The position numbers and the translations under genes were made by a program. This document shows positions 25,679 through 38,032 of a stretch of 64,000 nucleotides of DNA, piece after piece. The DNA comes from Piromyces finnis finn (taxonomy: Eukaryota; Fungi; Neocallimastigomycota). Every line of letters starts with the position of its first letter. The stretch's first letter is position 1. The stretch spans positions 1,054,001-1,118,000 of the forward strand of contig MCFH01000005.1 of NCBI GenBank assembly GCA_002104945.1, given 5' to 3'. The notes below the pieces were generated by a model. It was not told the DNA's origin, ran no database searches, and saw only the letters and a program-made list of their open reading frames with translations.

Positions 25679-27393
25679 ATGATAGTTAATTATAAGAAAT
25701 AAAATTTAATAATATTTAATAATTTTCATTTTGATAATAATAAAATGAATTAAAATATAAAATTCTTTATATCAATAATTACCATCGAACACCTAATTTA
25801 AAAAGATCAAATTTATATATATTTAATTATATTTATCGATTAAAATAATTAAATAGATCTTAAAAATTTAAATAAAAAATTATTATTAATGTAATAAATA
25901 AATAAACTAATAAAATATAATATAAAAATATATTTCATTTTTGTTATATAAATGTGTATTTTTTTTATCATTTAAAATGTTTAAAATATTAAAGCTAATT
26001 TAATATTGATAGTTTTTAACTATAAGATTATAATTTTTTTATTTTATGACTATTTTTAAAACTATAAATATTTTTCTTAAATCTACAGTGTTTGCTAAAA
26101 AGTCTAGCGAAACTGAAACTATTTATTTAAAACAAATAAATAGAATAATAAAAAAGATAAAAAAAGCCATAAAATTTATTAAAAATTTTATTTATACTTA
26201 TCCTTTTTTATATACTTTTTTATTGTTGTCGTTATAGAAAAAAATAGGTATATATTTAATAATAATAATAATAATAAATAAATAAATAAATAATCATTAC
26301 AATTGGCTTATTTTTTTAAATATTTAGGATAAAAAGCAGAAAAAAGAAAGAAAAAAAGGCAAATGATTATTTTTTTTTATCTTGAAATTTTCATATATAA
26401 TTATTTATATTAAATAAAGTTCTAATTTTCTAATTCTATTGGAATTTTTTGGTATAAAAACATCATGTTTCATTTAATATTATTCTAATTTATGGGGAAC
26501 ACCAAAAATGTATCCATTTTATAAAATTCGGGAATTATTTTTAATTAAATTTATATGGATTTGTACTTCAAAAAAAAAAAAAAAAACATAATAAAAAAAC
26601 CTATAAATGATATTATTATGATAAATAGATCTTCTTTTTTCTTTAAAAGTACATAATCCTAACCTATTATAAAAGCAATATAAGAAATAAAGAAAATTTA
26701 GATAAATTTGTAGCATATTTTCATTGATGATCTACTTATTTTTTTTAATCGTTTACTAATACTATTTTTGAAAAATCCACATCTTTTTAATTTCTTTCTT
26801 TCTTTTTTTTTTTTTTTTAAAAAAAATGGTGGATTTTTTCAAATAACCTTAAACTTTATCATTCTTTTTTTTTTTTTTTAATAATAAATTTAATTGAGAT
26901 GATTTTATAAATATGTAATTATGATTTTTAAAGAAAAATAACAAACAAACAAAATAAAAAGTAGCTATTTTGAAAAAACACTACAATAAACACAATATCA
27001 TATTTCAAAACTATATACTTTTATTTTAAAATATTATTATTGTTATTATTTATTAACATATTATCATTAAATTTAAGGAAATAGAAAAAGAATCTATGAA
27101 TCTTTAACAATTCAAAATTGCTCAAATATAGTTCTTTTATCCGTTTTTCAGAGTAATTGATTATTTTATAATGTATAGCTATGATTCTTTATATTTATCA
27201 TGTTTATTTTTATTAATTTTATATTATTTATAAAACACATAAAAAATTATTATTTTGTCAAAATTATTTTTTTTCAACATATTCATATTATTTTTATCTA
27301 TTTTATATTTATACTATATTATCTTAAAAGTTATAAGCTATATAAGTATATATTATTCTATTATAAATATTTCTTTTTCTTGGGTAGGCCAAC

Positions 27394-27448
<55 letters not shown>
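27394..27448. repeat. (TAAA)n microsatellite
   Basis: About 13 perfect TAAA units. Confidence 0.85.
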
Positions 27449-30191
27449 AAATTTTATGAGTACAAGACAGGCTATTTCAAAGTATTAATTCTTTTTTTTT
27501 TTTTTTTTCAACTTTTATCAATAAATTGTATATTTAAATTTATATTTAATGATTTATTATTTCTCTATATTAATGCATTTTATATTATTGTGAAATACTA
27601 TATACTTTTTTGTTAATCATACAATTATTAATTGAATTTCATTTTATTCAATTTTAATTATTTATTGATTCCTAATAAAGAATAAATCTATTGTATATAT
27701 TTTAAAATTTTTATTTTTCTTTTATGAATGAATATTGTTACTATCCTTTTTATATTTATACTTACAACAAAGAAATGAAATAAAAACTTGTAAAAAAAAA
27801 AAATTCTAACCCTATTTTAATTATAATTTTTTTTTTGGAGCATTCATATAATATATCTTATATAAGTATTTTAAATTTTTTTTTATCTTAAATTAAAGAA
27901 TATTAATCTTTAATTAATATATTGACAATATAATAAAATCAATTTAATTCATATATTAAAAATAGATGTTTATTCTTATTTATCATATATTAATTAATAT
28001 TGTATAAAAGCATAATATTTTGTATAGTAATGTAGCTTGAAACATAATATCACACAACTGAAAATAAAATATTATTATTTATACTTTTACTTGAAAATGT
28101 AAAACAAAACATGCTAAATATTGTATATTAAAAAAGAATATAATGTTTGTATTATAAGAATGAGAAAATGATAACAAAATAAAAATAAAAAAAAAATGAA
28201 AAATTATTGATATTAATATCAAAAAAAAAAAAAAATGACTAATAATTTTAAATATTCATTTAATAAAAATTGAGGATGAATTTCAATTGTAGATCTTTGT
28301 ATGTCATCCGCAATCAATATTCTATTTAATAATTAATAATTATAAAAAAATATAAATTTAATAATAACTAATAAATAATAATAATGAATAATTATTAATA
28401 GATTATAACTATAGAAAATAATAAAAATTATAGTAGTTAATAATAATAATAATAATAATAATATTTCTAATAATAATATCAGAAATAACTACCATCCCTC
28501 TCTCTTATATTATCATTATTACATAAAGTTTAAAAAAAACTGATAATATTTAATAGAAAAAAATAAACCAACTTTTTTATTATATCAAAATACCATTTAT
28601 AATGGTAATAATAAAAAATAATGTTAATTTTATTTTAAATTAAAAATCTTAAAATGGAAAGAGGGATGTTTACATATTACATATAATTTTTTAATAAAAA
28701 TGTTTTTATTATTATTTTAATTATTATTTTTATAAGCTATGATGAAGAATCCTTTTTTTTTTAATATAAAATTTATAATTCTAAATATTTTTAAATACCA
28801 AATTTGATAATAGCATCATATTTTCTTTATAAAAAAAAAGAAAAAATAATAAACTTTAAATGTATTGAAACTTTAATTCATTATATTTTAATTCTATGAC
28901 CTCCTTTTTTTTTTTTAATGCAGAGATAAGTTTAAAATGAAATATATATTTAAACAATAATATGAATATTAAAAAAAAATTTTTTTTTTAATAATTATGG
29001 CTGTTTATTTATATTACTATATAAAAATTATATTTATTATATATATTATCATAGATAATAATTAATTCTGTGCATCATTAGTTTATATTATCGTTTTGAT
29101 AATTTATTATTTTATTAAAAATAAGGTTTAATAACTAAAATAATTTTTTTTTAAGGATATATATTATAAATTTTAATTTCTATATTTATATGAATCATAT
29201 TCAATTTAATTTATTACTGTATTCTTTTAAAGGGTCATATTAATATACTTGTTTAAGAAAATTAATTAATTTTAAATTAATATCATAAACTATAATAACT
29301 ATTCTTTATTTATTGTATGCTTTTTTTTATAATATTATATAGAAATAAATAAGAATTAAAGTTTATGATAAAAATATTTGTTTTACATTATATTACTTTT
29401 TTATTATAAGCCATCATTTTTATAGTTTTATTAGTAAAACAATAATTCATATTTCATTATTATTTTTATAAGCCACTATACTATTATTTTATTATAATAA
29501 AAGAGTATATATAATGTATTATGGAATACAAAGTATATGAATAATAGCTTTAATGAATAATAGAATTAAAAGTGTAAAATTCATTTTTTAAACACATCTT
29601 TTTACATGTCAGAATAATAATGGGAATATGAAAAAAGTAAAAATATCTAAATTTTAAATAATAATATTATTTATCAATTTTTAATAAAAGTTACACTTTT
29701 TTTATGTTATGACATGAAATAAATTGTAATACAAGTTTATGATAATATGGTGTCCCAATTTTGTTTTAAAATATAATATTATTGTATTTTTTCCCTTTTT
29801 TTTTTAATGAAGTAATTCTACTATTATAATTATTAATAATAAATTAAAAAGAAAAAATTTTAATTAAATGTAAAAGTTTAATATATTAATAAATAAAGTT
29901 TATAGAAAATTTTTTGTGTAAAGTCATAATATTTTTTTTTTTTTTTTTTTTTTTGATAGATATTATTAAACTTTAATTTCAATCATTTTTTTTTAAAATA
30001 AAACAAGATAATATTAATAATATTAATATATTTGATTAATTGAATTATATATTAATATGATTTTATTAGTTTATATATATATATAAAAAAGAGTATAAAA
30101 AGAATAAAAATTTTCTTTAAGTAGATAATTATTATATAAAATTAATATTTTATATTTAATATTATAAAAACAATTTTAATTTGTTAAACGC

Positions 30192-30253
30192 TCAGCAAGA
30201 CTGGTGCTTTTAATAAAATTAGGAAAAGGGAATTTATAGAAGTTCTTGAGGAA
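30192..30253 (+). promoter_or_regulatory. Candidate conserved cis-element upstream of dumbbell gene 2
   Basis: CAGCAAGACTGGTG (30193-30206) matches the gene 1 motif at 13 of 14 positions. TTTATAGAAGTTCTTGAGGAA (30233-30253) matches the second block. Confidence 0.55.
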
Positions 30254-30411
30254 ATAACTAATATAATAATAATAATATAATATATTATTATATTTCTAAA
30301 AATTAAAAAAACATAAAAATTTAAATAAATCAACAAACTAATTATATAATACAAAAAGATAATATAATTAATAATTTAAGTTTAAGAAACAAAATAAAAC
30401 AAAAATTGAAA

Positions 30412-32961
30412 ATGAAATCAGCTATTTTTGGTTCTGCTTTATTAGTACTTGCTTCTTTATCTAATGCTGCCAATCCATACCTCGTTTGTGATGGTTCTGA
30501 TTACAGCTGTAAGCAAGAACAAGCTTCTTTATGTCAACAAGCTGCTAATGCTTGCTGGCAACAACCATTCAGTGAATCTGTAGGTCAAGAATGTCAAGCT
30601 ATTAACAACCAATGTAACGAAATTTGGTCATACAGTGGTAGTCCACAAGTTGTTTACACTACTACCGCTAATACCTATCGTACAACTAAAACTATTTACA
30701 CTTCCACTAGATCTTCTACTAAGGCTCTTCCAACCTCTTCTTCTGCAGTTAAGACTCTTCCAACCACCACCACTTCTGCTGTCAAGACTCTTCCAACCAC
30801 CACCACTTCTGCTGTCAAGACTCTTCCAACCACCACTACTTCTGCTGTCAAGACTCTTCCAACCACTACTACTTCTGCTGTCAAGACTCTTCCAACCACT
30901 ACTACTTCTGCTGTCAAGACTCTTCCAACTACCACTACTTCTGCTGTCAAGACTCTTCCAACTTCCTCTTCTGCAGTTAAGACTCTTCCAACTACCACCA
31001 CTTCTGCTGTCAAGACTCTTCCAACTACCACCACTTCTGCTGTCAAGACTCTTCCAACTACCACCACTTCTGCTGTCAAGACTCTTCCAACTACCACCAC
31101 TTCTGCTGTCAAGACTCTTCCAACTACTACCACTTCTGCTGTCAAGACTCTTCCAACTACTACCACTTCTGCTGTCAAGACTCTTCCAACTACCACTACT
31201 TCTGCTGTCAAGACTCTTCCAACTACCACTACTTCTGCTGTCAAGACTCTTCCAACTTCCTCTTCTGCAGTTAAGACTCTTCCAACTACCACCACTTCTG
31301 CTGTCAAGACTCTTCCAACTACCACCACTTCTGCTGTCAAGACTCTTCCAACTACCACCACTTCTGCTGTCAAGACTCTTCCAACTACTACCACTTCTGC
31401 TGTCAAGACTCTTCCAACTACTACCACTTCTGCTGTCAAGACTCTTCCAACTACTACCACTTCTGCTGTCAAGACTCTTCCAACTACTACCACTTCTGCT
31501 GTCAAGACTCTTCCAACTACTACCACTTCTGCTGTCAAGACTCTTCCAACCACCACCACTTCTGCTGTCAAGACTCTTCCAACCACCACTACTTCTGCTG
31601 TCAAGACTCTTCCAACCACCACTACTTCTGCTGTCAAGACTCTTCCAACCACCACTACTTCTGCTGTCAAGACTCTTCCAACCACCACTACTTCTGCTGT
31701 CAAGACTCTTCCAACCACCACTACTTCTGCTGTCAAGACTCTTCCAACCACCACTACTTCTGCTGTCAAGACTCTTCCAACCACCACTACTTCTGCTGTC
31801 AAGACTCTTCCAACCACCACTACTTCTGCTGTCAAGACTCTTCCAACCACCACCACTTCTGCTGTCAAGACTCTTCCAACCACCACCACTTCTGCTGTCA
31901 AGACTCTTCCAACTACCACCACTTCTGCTGTCAAGACTCTTCCAACCACCACCACTTCTGCTGTCAAGACTCTTCCAACCACCACTACTTCTGCTGTCAA
32001 GACTCTTCCAACCACCACTACTTCTGCTGTCAAGACTCTTCCAACCACCACTACTTCTGCTGTCAAGACTCTTCCAACCACCACTACTTCTGCTGTCAAG
32101 ACTCTTCCAACCACCACTACTTCTGCTGTCAAGACTCTTCCAACTACCACCACTTCTGCTGTCAAGACTCTTCCAACCACCACCACTTCTGCTGTCAAGA
32201 CTCTTCCAACTACTACCACTTCTGCTGTCAAGACTCTTCCAACCACCACCACTTCTGCTGTCAAGACTCTTCCAACCACCACCACTTCTGCTGTCAAGAC
32301 TCTTCCAACCACCACCACTTCTGCTGTCAAGACTCTTCCAACCACCACTACTTCTGCTGTCAAGACTCTTCCAACTACCACCACTTCTGCTGTCAAGACT
32401 CTTCCAACCACCACTACTTCTGCTGTCAAGACTCTTCCAACTACCACCACTACTAAGTCTATCCCAACTACCACCACTACTAAGACTATTCGTATTACCA
32501 CCACTACTAAGTCTATCCCAACTACCACCACTACTAAGTCTATTCCAACTACCACCACTACTAAGTCTATTCCAACTACCACCACTACTAAGTCTATTCC
32601 AACTACCACCACTACTAAGTCTATTCCAACTACCACCACTACTAAGTCTATTCCAACTACCACCACTACTAAGTCTATTCCAACTACCACCACTACTAAG
32701 TCTATTCCAACTACCACCACTACTAAGACTATTCGTACTACCACCACCACCAAGACTATTCGTACTACCACTTATCAATCTCAACCAACTAACACTTCTA
32801 CTGATTTCTTAAGCTGCTCTTCTGATGATTGGAACTGTAAGACTCAAATGTCTGAAAAGTGTTATGCTGTCGCCAGAGATTGTTGGAGTCAAACCTACAC
32901 TCAAAGCTTAGCTGAAGAATGTAATGCTATTCAATCTCAATGCCAAAAGATTTGGAACTAG
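30412..32961 (+). CDS. Secreted Thr-rich tandem-repeat protein with terminal six-Cys modules (dumbbell protein 2), paralog of 22877-25678
   Basis: ATG at 30412 (the track start at 30406 is TTG). Signal-peptide-like MKSAIFGSALLVLASLSNA. N-module ANPYLVCDGSDYSCKQEQASLCQQAANACWQQPFSESVGQECQAINNQCNEIW is nearly identical to gene 1. C-module SCSSDDWNCKTQMSEKCY...ECNAIQSQCQKIWN. Confidence 0.9.
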   Translation: MKSAIFGSALLVLASLSNAANPYLVCDGSDYSCKQEQASLCQQAANACWQQPFSESVGQECQAINNQCNEIWSYSGSPQVVYTTTANTYRTTKTIYTSTRSSTKALPTSSSAVKTLPTTTTSAVKTLPTTTTSAVKTLPTTTTSAVKTLPTTTTSAVKTLPTTTTSAVKTLPTTTTSAVKTLPTSSSAVKTLPTTTTSAVKTLPTTTTSAVKTLPTTTTSAVKTLPTTTTSAVKTLPTTTTSAVKTLPTTTTSAVKTLPTTTTSAVKTLPTTTTSAVKTLPTSSSAVKTLPTTTTSAVKTLPTTTTSAVKTLPTTTTSAVKTLPTTTTSAVKTLPTTTTSAVKTLPTTTTSAVKTLPTTTTSAVKTLPTTTTSAVKTLPTTTTSAVKTLPTTTTSAVKTLPTTTTSAVKTLPTTTTSAVKTLPTTTTSAVKTLPTTTTSAVKTLPTTTTSAVKTLPTTTTSAVKTLPTTTTSAVKTLPTTTTSAVKTLPTTTTSAVKTLPTTTTSAVKTLPTTTTSAVKTLPTTTTSAVKTLPTTTTSAVKTLPTTTTSAVKTLPTTTTSAVKTLPTTTTSAVKTLPTTTTSAVKTLPTTTTSAVKTLPTTTTSAVKTLPTTTTSAVKTLPTTTTSAVKTLPTTTTSAVKTLPTTTTSAVKTLPTTTTSAVKTLPTTTTSAVKTLPTTTTTKSIPTTTTTKTIRITTTTKSIPTTTTTKSIPTTTTTKSIPTTTTTKSIPTTTTTKSIPTTTTTKSIPTTTTTKSIPTTTTTKSIPTTTTTKTIRTTTTTKTIRTTTYQSQPTNTSTDFLSCSSDDWNCKTQMSEKCYAVARDCWSQTYTQSLAEECNAIQSQCQKIWN
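30721..32772 (+). repeat. Coding minisatellite: 33-nt (SAVKTLPTTTT) units followed by 27-nt (KSIPTTTTT / KTIRTTTTT) units
   Basis: Directly visible: roughly 50 units of 33 nt, then about 11 of 27 nt (estimated by eye). A 30-nt TSSSAVKTLP variant occurs at about 30733, 30961 and 31255. Confidence 0.97.
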
Positions 32962-33753
32962 ATTTGAGTACCATTAATTATGAATATACAAAATATTTAA
33001 TAAATTCCATAAAAAAAATGGATGAAATAATTTTTTTTATTAAAAATATAATAAATTATATACTTTTTTATTTTATTTTTATAATATAATTAAAAAAAAA
33101 ATGCAAAAATATTTTGAATTTATTAATTTGTTTTATTGATTAAAACTTATTATATAAATTAAAATATGTAAGTTAATATACAAAACGAAATTACATCTTT
33201 TTAAATATACATAAATCATTTAATATGCAAAAATTTTAATATTCAAATTTCCCAAATATATAAATAAATAAAAAATTAAAAAATAAATATGTAATATTTT
33301 TGAAATTGTTTTATTTTCTTTTTTTATTGATTAAATATAAAAAAATAATAATTAAAACTAACAAATTCAAATATCAAAAGAAAAAAAAAAAGATGAAAGG
33401 AAAATGTAAGCTTATTATTTGGAAAATTAAATTTAATTTCCTAATAATTGATATATTTTTTTTTCTTCTTTTTTATTCATATGTAAAAATTTATATAAAA
33501 AAAACATTATATATTATTTTATCATATATAGATATTTAAACAAACAACAACGAATAAAATAATAAATAAATTTTATAGCACAAAGTTTAGATTTAATAGT
33601 TAAAGTGTTAAAGTCAAATTTAGAATTTCTTTAAAGGGAGGGTCTACTCAAAATTCTCAATACTAGAAATATTTATGATACCTTAATTTTTTTTAATTAT
33701 ACCCATTTTTTAATTCCTTTTTGAATACTTAATTTCATATTTTATTAAGAAAT

Positions 33754-34053
33754 ATGAAGGATGGTAAAGCAGTTAAAAATTTTTATTGTGAAGATCTCAA
33801 AGGAAAATCAACCAAAGGATAGTATTATGATAATAACAAATTTGTAGAAACTAAAGATATTACTAAATTATGTTACGAGAATCTCGAGTTTGCTTATGGT
33901 TACTGCTAGTTATTGAAAGCAAGAGAAGGATACAAGTGAAAGCTGCTTAAGCCGCTACATTGTAGTTGATCCAGCTTGTTTTTATTATTGTTTATATTGC
34001 ATAAATGGTAATCAAAATATTAAACCGTTGGTTAACCGAATGTCCAAAACTTA
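33754..34053 (+). pseudogene. Decayed coding fragment of unknown family
   Basis: A locally GC-richer island reading MKDGKAVKNFYCEDLKGKSTKG*YYDNNKFVETKDITKLCYENLEFAYGYC*LLKAREGYK*, then in a shifted frame SCLSRYIVVDPACFYYC... In-frame stops interrupt otherwise coding-like codons. Confidence 0.35.
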
Positions 34054-34100
34054 ATAATATCCTTAACATTTCAATTATAGTTTTAAAATGTTTACTTATA

Positions 34101-34140
<40 letters not shown>

Positions 34141-34542
34141 GTAGTAGTAGTAGTAGTAATAGTGGCTTTATACATGAGAAACGAAATATAACAGAATTAT
34201 TTTTTTTATTTTTTATTTATTAAAATTTATAATATAAAATAAGGTGCATAATTTTGATGTATTAGCTATCCATATCACCAATTTTTAATATATTTTCATT
34301 ATTTAAAATTATTTAAAAAGATTTTAAAAAATAATGTAAAAATATTGGCTTATTCTAAATATATATTATTAAATTATTATGGTAGCATTTTTTTTTTTAA
34401 AGTGCTAATTTCTTTTTATTAATAAATACATTAGAGGTATTAAATTTATTTTATTTATAATATTAAATATTTCAATTATTATTAATATATAAAAACATAT
34501 AAAATTAATTCTTTGATATTATTAAGAAGAGAAAAAAGAAAA

Positions 34543-37500
34543 ATGGTTCAATATTATACTGAAGCTGAACTTCATAATAAAGAAAAGTATATATTATCTT
34601 ATATTTTCCTTATAATTTTTTTTTTTTTTTATTTCAATTTTTATTTTATACATATAAAGTTATAGAGCGACATTAACAATTATTACTTGCTTTTTTCAAT
34701 TATTTTATATTTTAAGAATTGTTAGTATTTTTTTTTTTTTTTTAAATGATGATTGTTTAATTTTATAGAATTAATTATTTAATAGAATTGAAATTATATT
34801 TTATTATATTAGAAAGTATACTTTAATTTTTACACTAACAATATATATTTTATTGTAAATATATTATTATAATAATTCACCTATTTTTGATTAATAATAA
34901 TAATGAAAAAAAAAAAGTTTATTAAAAAAGGTTTCTGAAAATGAAAATGTTATAAATAGACCTCTATCCAATTATAAAAGTTATGATTCCAAATTTCTTA
35001 TTCAGAATCGTTTCTATGAACAACAATATTCTGGTATTTACTTTTGTCGATTAAAAAAACTTTTCAATAATGTTAAAAAAGCTTGTGAAGAAAAATGGAA
35101 AAGCTGTAATTAATCCTATTAATAATGAATCAATTAAATTACCACATATATATAATAAAATTCTTTTATATATTTAATAATACTCATTTATCTATTTTTA
35201 TAATATAAATAAATAAATGAATGTATATTATATTTTAAAAAATCAAAAATATTTTAAAATTCAATTCAATTTAATTCAATTCAAAAAAAAAAAAAATGTT
35301 ACTAATAAAAAGCAATTGAATCTAAAAAAATTGAATATAAATCAAAGATTTTAGATATTAAGCAAGGAAAATTGTGTTACGTTATTGGAACTGTATTTTT
35401 AGATATGTCAGAAAAACCAAATATTTTAAAAGATGTTTCAACCACAGTAATTATATACCCATTTTTTTATACCCCTTTTTTTTTTATCATAAAATCCATA
35501 ATTTCAATTGTTAATATTAAATAATTGTAATTTAAAAGTAAAACAAAACAAAAAAAAAAGTAAAAACAATGACTGAGAATATCATTTATAATTATTATAT
35601 TAAATAAGCTTAATATTGATGAATTAGAAGATACTAATGAAAAATATATTAATGGAACTAAAGAATATTTAATTGAAGATGAATCAGGTCGTATGACACT
35701 TATAGGTGATAAAACTAATACTATGGATATAATGACAGGTTATTACTATTTTAGATTCTACTATTCTAATTATAAATAATTAAGGATATATTTTACATTA
35801 GCTATTAATATTACCATTATAATTAATTATATTTAATAAAATTTAAAATATTCTTTATATCTATTTATCATTTATTTTTATTTTATAGGAACGGTTATTG
35901 GTGTTCTAGGTTTAGAAAATAAGCATGGTGAATTTGAACTTTTAGATTATTGTTTACCAGGTTTCCCTGAAAGAATTCCACAAAAATTACCAACAGCTGA
36001 AGGTAAATAAGACTATACTAATTAAGTAGTTTATAGTATAGGTTTAAAAATAAAATAAGAATGGATTATGAATCTATAATTTATATGATTTAATAACTAA
36101 TTTAATAAATAATTTTATTACCATTGGATTACTATTAATTAAATTGTATTTTTTATTTTATTTTTTTTTATATAACTTTTAGTTGATTCAAATGAACCAA
36201 AGTATATTGCTTTTCTTTCAGGTCTTGAAATTGGTAATGAAGCTTATGACTCCTTAAAAACTCAATTATTATTTGAATATTTAACTGGTGAATTGGGTTG
36301 TTTTGCTGTAAGCCTTTTCTTCTTCTTCTTCTTCATAATTCAACAATAACAACAACAATAACAACAACTATTGATTCTTTTAAATAATAATATAAATAAC
36401 ATAGGATCAAGTTCATGCTTCTCAAATTATAAGAGTAATTATTGCAGGAAATTTAATTACTAAATATCAAAGAACAAAAGAAGAAATAAAGAAAGTAAGT
36501 CAACTGTATATTCTATTTCTACTTTCTTTTTTTTTTTATTTCAAAACTATTTAAAATATTAAAAGCTAATATAAACTATTTATATATTTTACAATCCAAT
36601 TTATTCAAATCTATTATTATACAATTATATTTTTATTTGTATTTTTATTAATATATTTTCTATTTTAAATAATTATAAATATTATTATTAAAGGCAAGAC
36701 TTTATGGTCATTTTGAATGTAAATCAGCAACAGATTATCAATCCTATCTTCAACAATTAGATATGTTATTATCTACTCTAAGTAGTAGTGTTCCAATAGA
36801 TATTATGCCTGGGGATAACGATCCATCTAATCGTTCTTTCCCACAACAACCTCTTCATTCTTCTATATTTAAAAATACTAATTTATCAGATGCTTGTTAT
36901 ATGGCCACTAATCCTCACCTTTGTGATATTGATAATTTAAGGTATATATATATATATTTTTTTTTAAGGTGTAAAAATATAACCATTTTAAAAAATAAGG
37001 TTTTTTCAAAAAAAAAATTTTTTTTTTACCACATTTATTAATTTTTTTAAAAATAATTTAAATGCATATAGTATTCTTGGAACTTCAGGACAAAATATTA
37101 ATGATATTCTTAGATATACCGATATTAAAGTTGATGAAGATGATGAAGAACAAGAAAAAGATATTAAGGCAGAAGAAGATAAAATGAGTGTTGATGAAAA
37201 TGAAAAAGAAATGAATGACTCTGTTAAAGAGGAACCTATAGATATGGCTGAAAGAACCTTAAAATGGCAACATCTTGTTCCAACAGCTCCAGATACATTA
37301 CGTAAATACTCTATCTATTATTATTATTATTATTCCTTTAGTATATAAAATTAAATGAAAAAACAAACAAACAATTAATTATTTCCTTCTTTTTTTTTTT
37401 TTTTATAATAATAAAAATTATTATGACAGCTTCCTATCCATTTAAAGACAATGATCCATTTGTTATAGAATCTCTTCCAAATGTTTATTTCATTGGAAAT

Positions 37501-37751
37501 CAAAATAAATTTGCTCAACGTTTAATAGAAGGTAAAAAACAAAAATAATAATAGTATTATTTTATTTTTGATGGGGCAACTTTTTTTTTAATCCTTCATC
37601 CTATATTATTTATCATATTAAATCTATATTTTTTTTTATAGGACCAAATAATGCCAAAACAAGAATTATAATGATACCATCCTTTATTAAGACACATCAA
37701 TTAGTTTTATTAAATGTTCATACCTTGGAATGCTTTACTATTAAATTTTAA
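34543..37751 (+). CDS. POL31: DNA polymerase delta small (B) subunit, Pol31/POLD2 (11 exons)
   Basis: Exons 34543-34586, 34918-35105, 35313-35446, 35609-35738, 35889-36002, 36183-36307, 36405-36494, 36694-36941, 37072-37301, 37430-37531, 37642-37751. Motifs: YEQQYSGIYFCRL, LIEDESGR, IAFLSGLEIG, IIRVIIAGN, IMPGDNDPSN..FPQQPLH, TNPH, LGTSGQN, HLVPTAPDTL, YPFKDNDPF, PNVYFIGNQ. The exon 2 acceptor is the least certain. Confidence 0.95.
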
Positions 37752-37991
37752 TTTAATAATATAAACCGAGTTAATGCATAATAATAGTAAATTTTAGCAA
37801 CAACAACAATTTTAATATTTATCACACACTAACAAAAAAAAATTTTTTTTATTATATATTATTTAATGATTTATGATCATGAATATTATTTGAAATTTTT
37901 TTTTTTCCTCTTTTATCATCTCTAATATCATTGTAACTATTTTATGTTTGGGTTAATTTTTTTTTTAAAAAAAAAAAAAACATTAAAGAAT

Positions 37992-38032
<41 letters not shown>

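Noticed and set aside
28230-28330. Minus-strand peptide RILIADDIQRSTIEIHPQFLLNEY
   Set aside because: No consistent flanking exons or recognisable motif.
23221-32772. CRISPR-like regular repeats
   Set aside because: Units are contiguous with no unique spacers, lie in-frame in eukaryotic genes, and there are no cas genes.
23100-32812. Very long alternative-frame and antisense ORFs over both repeat arrays (842, 783, 718, 725, 691 aa)
   Set aside because: They are by-products of stop-free tandem units of length 3n. They begin and end with the arrays and have no unique domains.
22877-32961. Assignment of the six-Cys module to fungal dockerin (CBM10), CBM1, CBM18 or scaffoldin repeats
   Set aside because: Cys spacing and signature residues (e.g. 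GY.CC and WGVEN, CG, CCS..G.CG, GYY) are absent.
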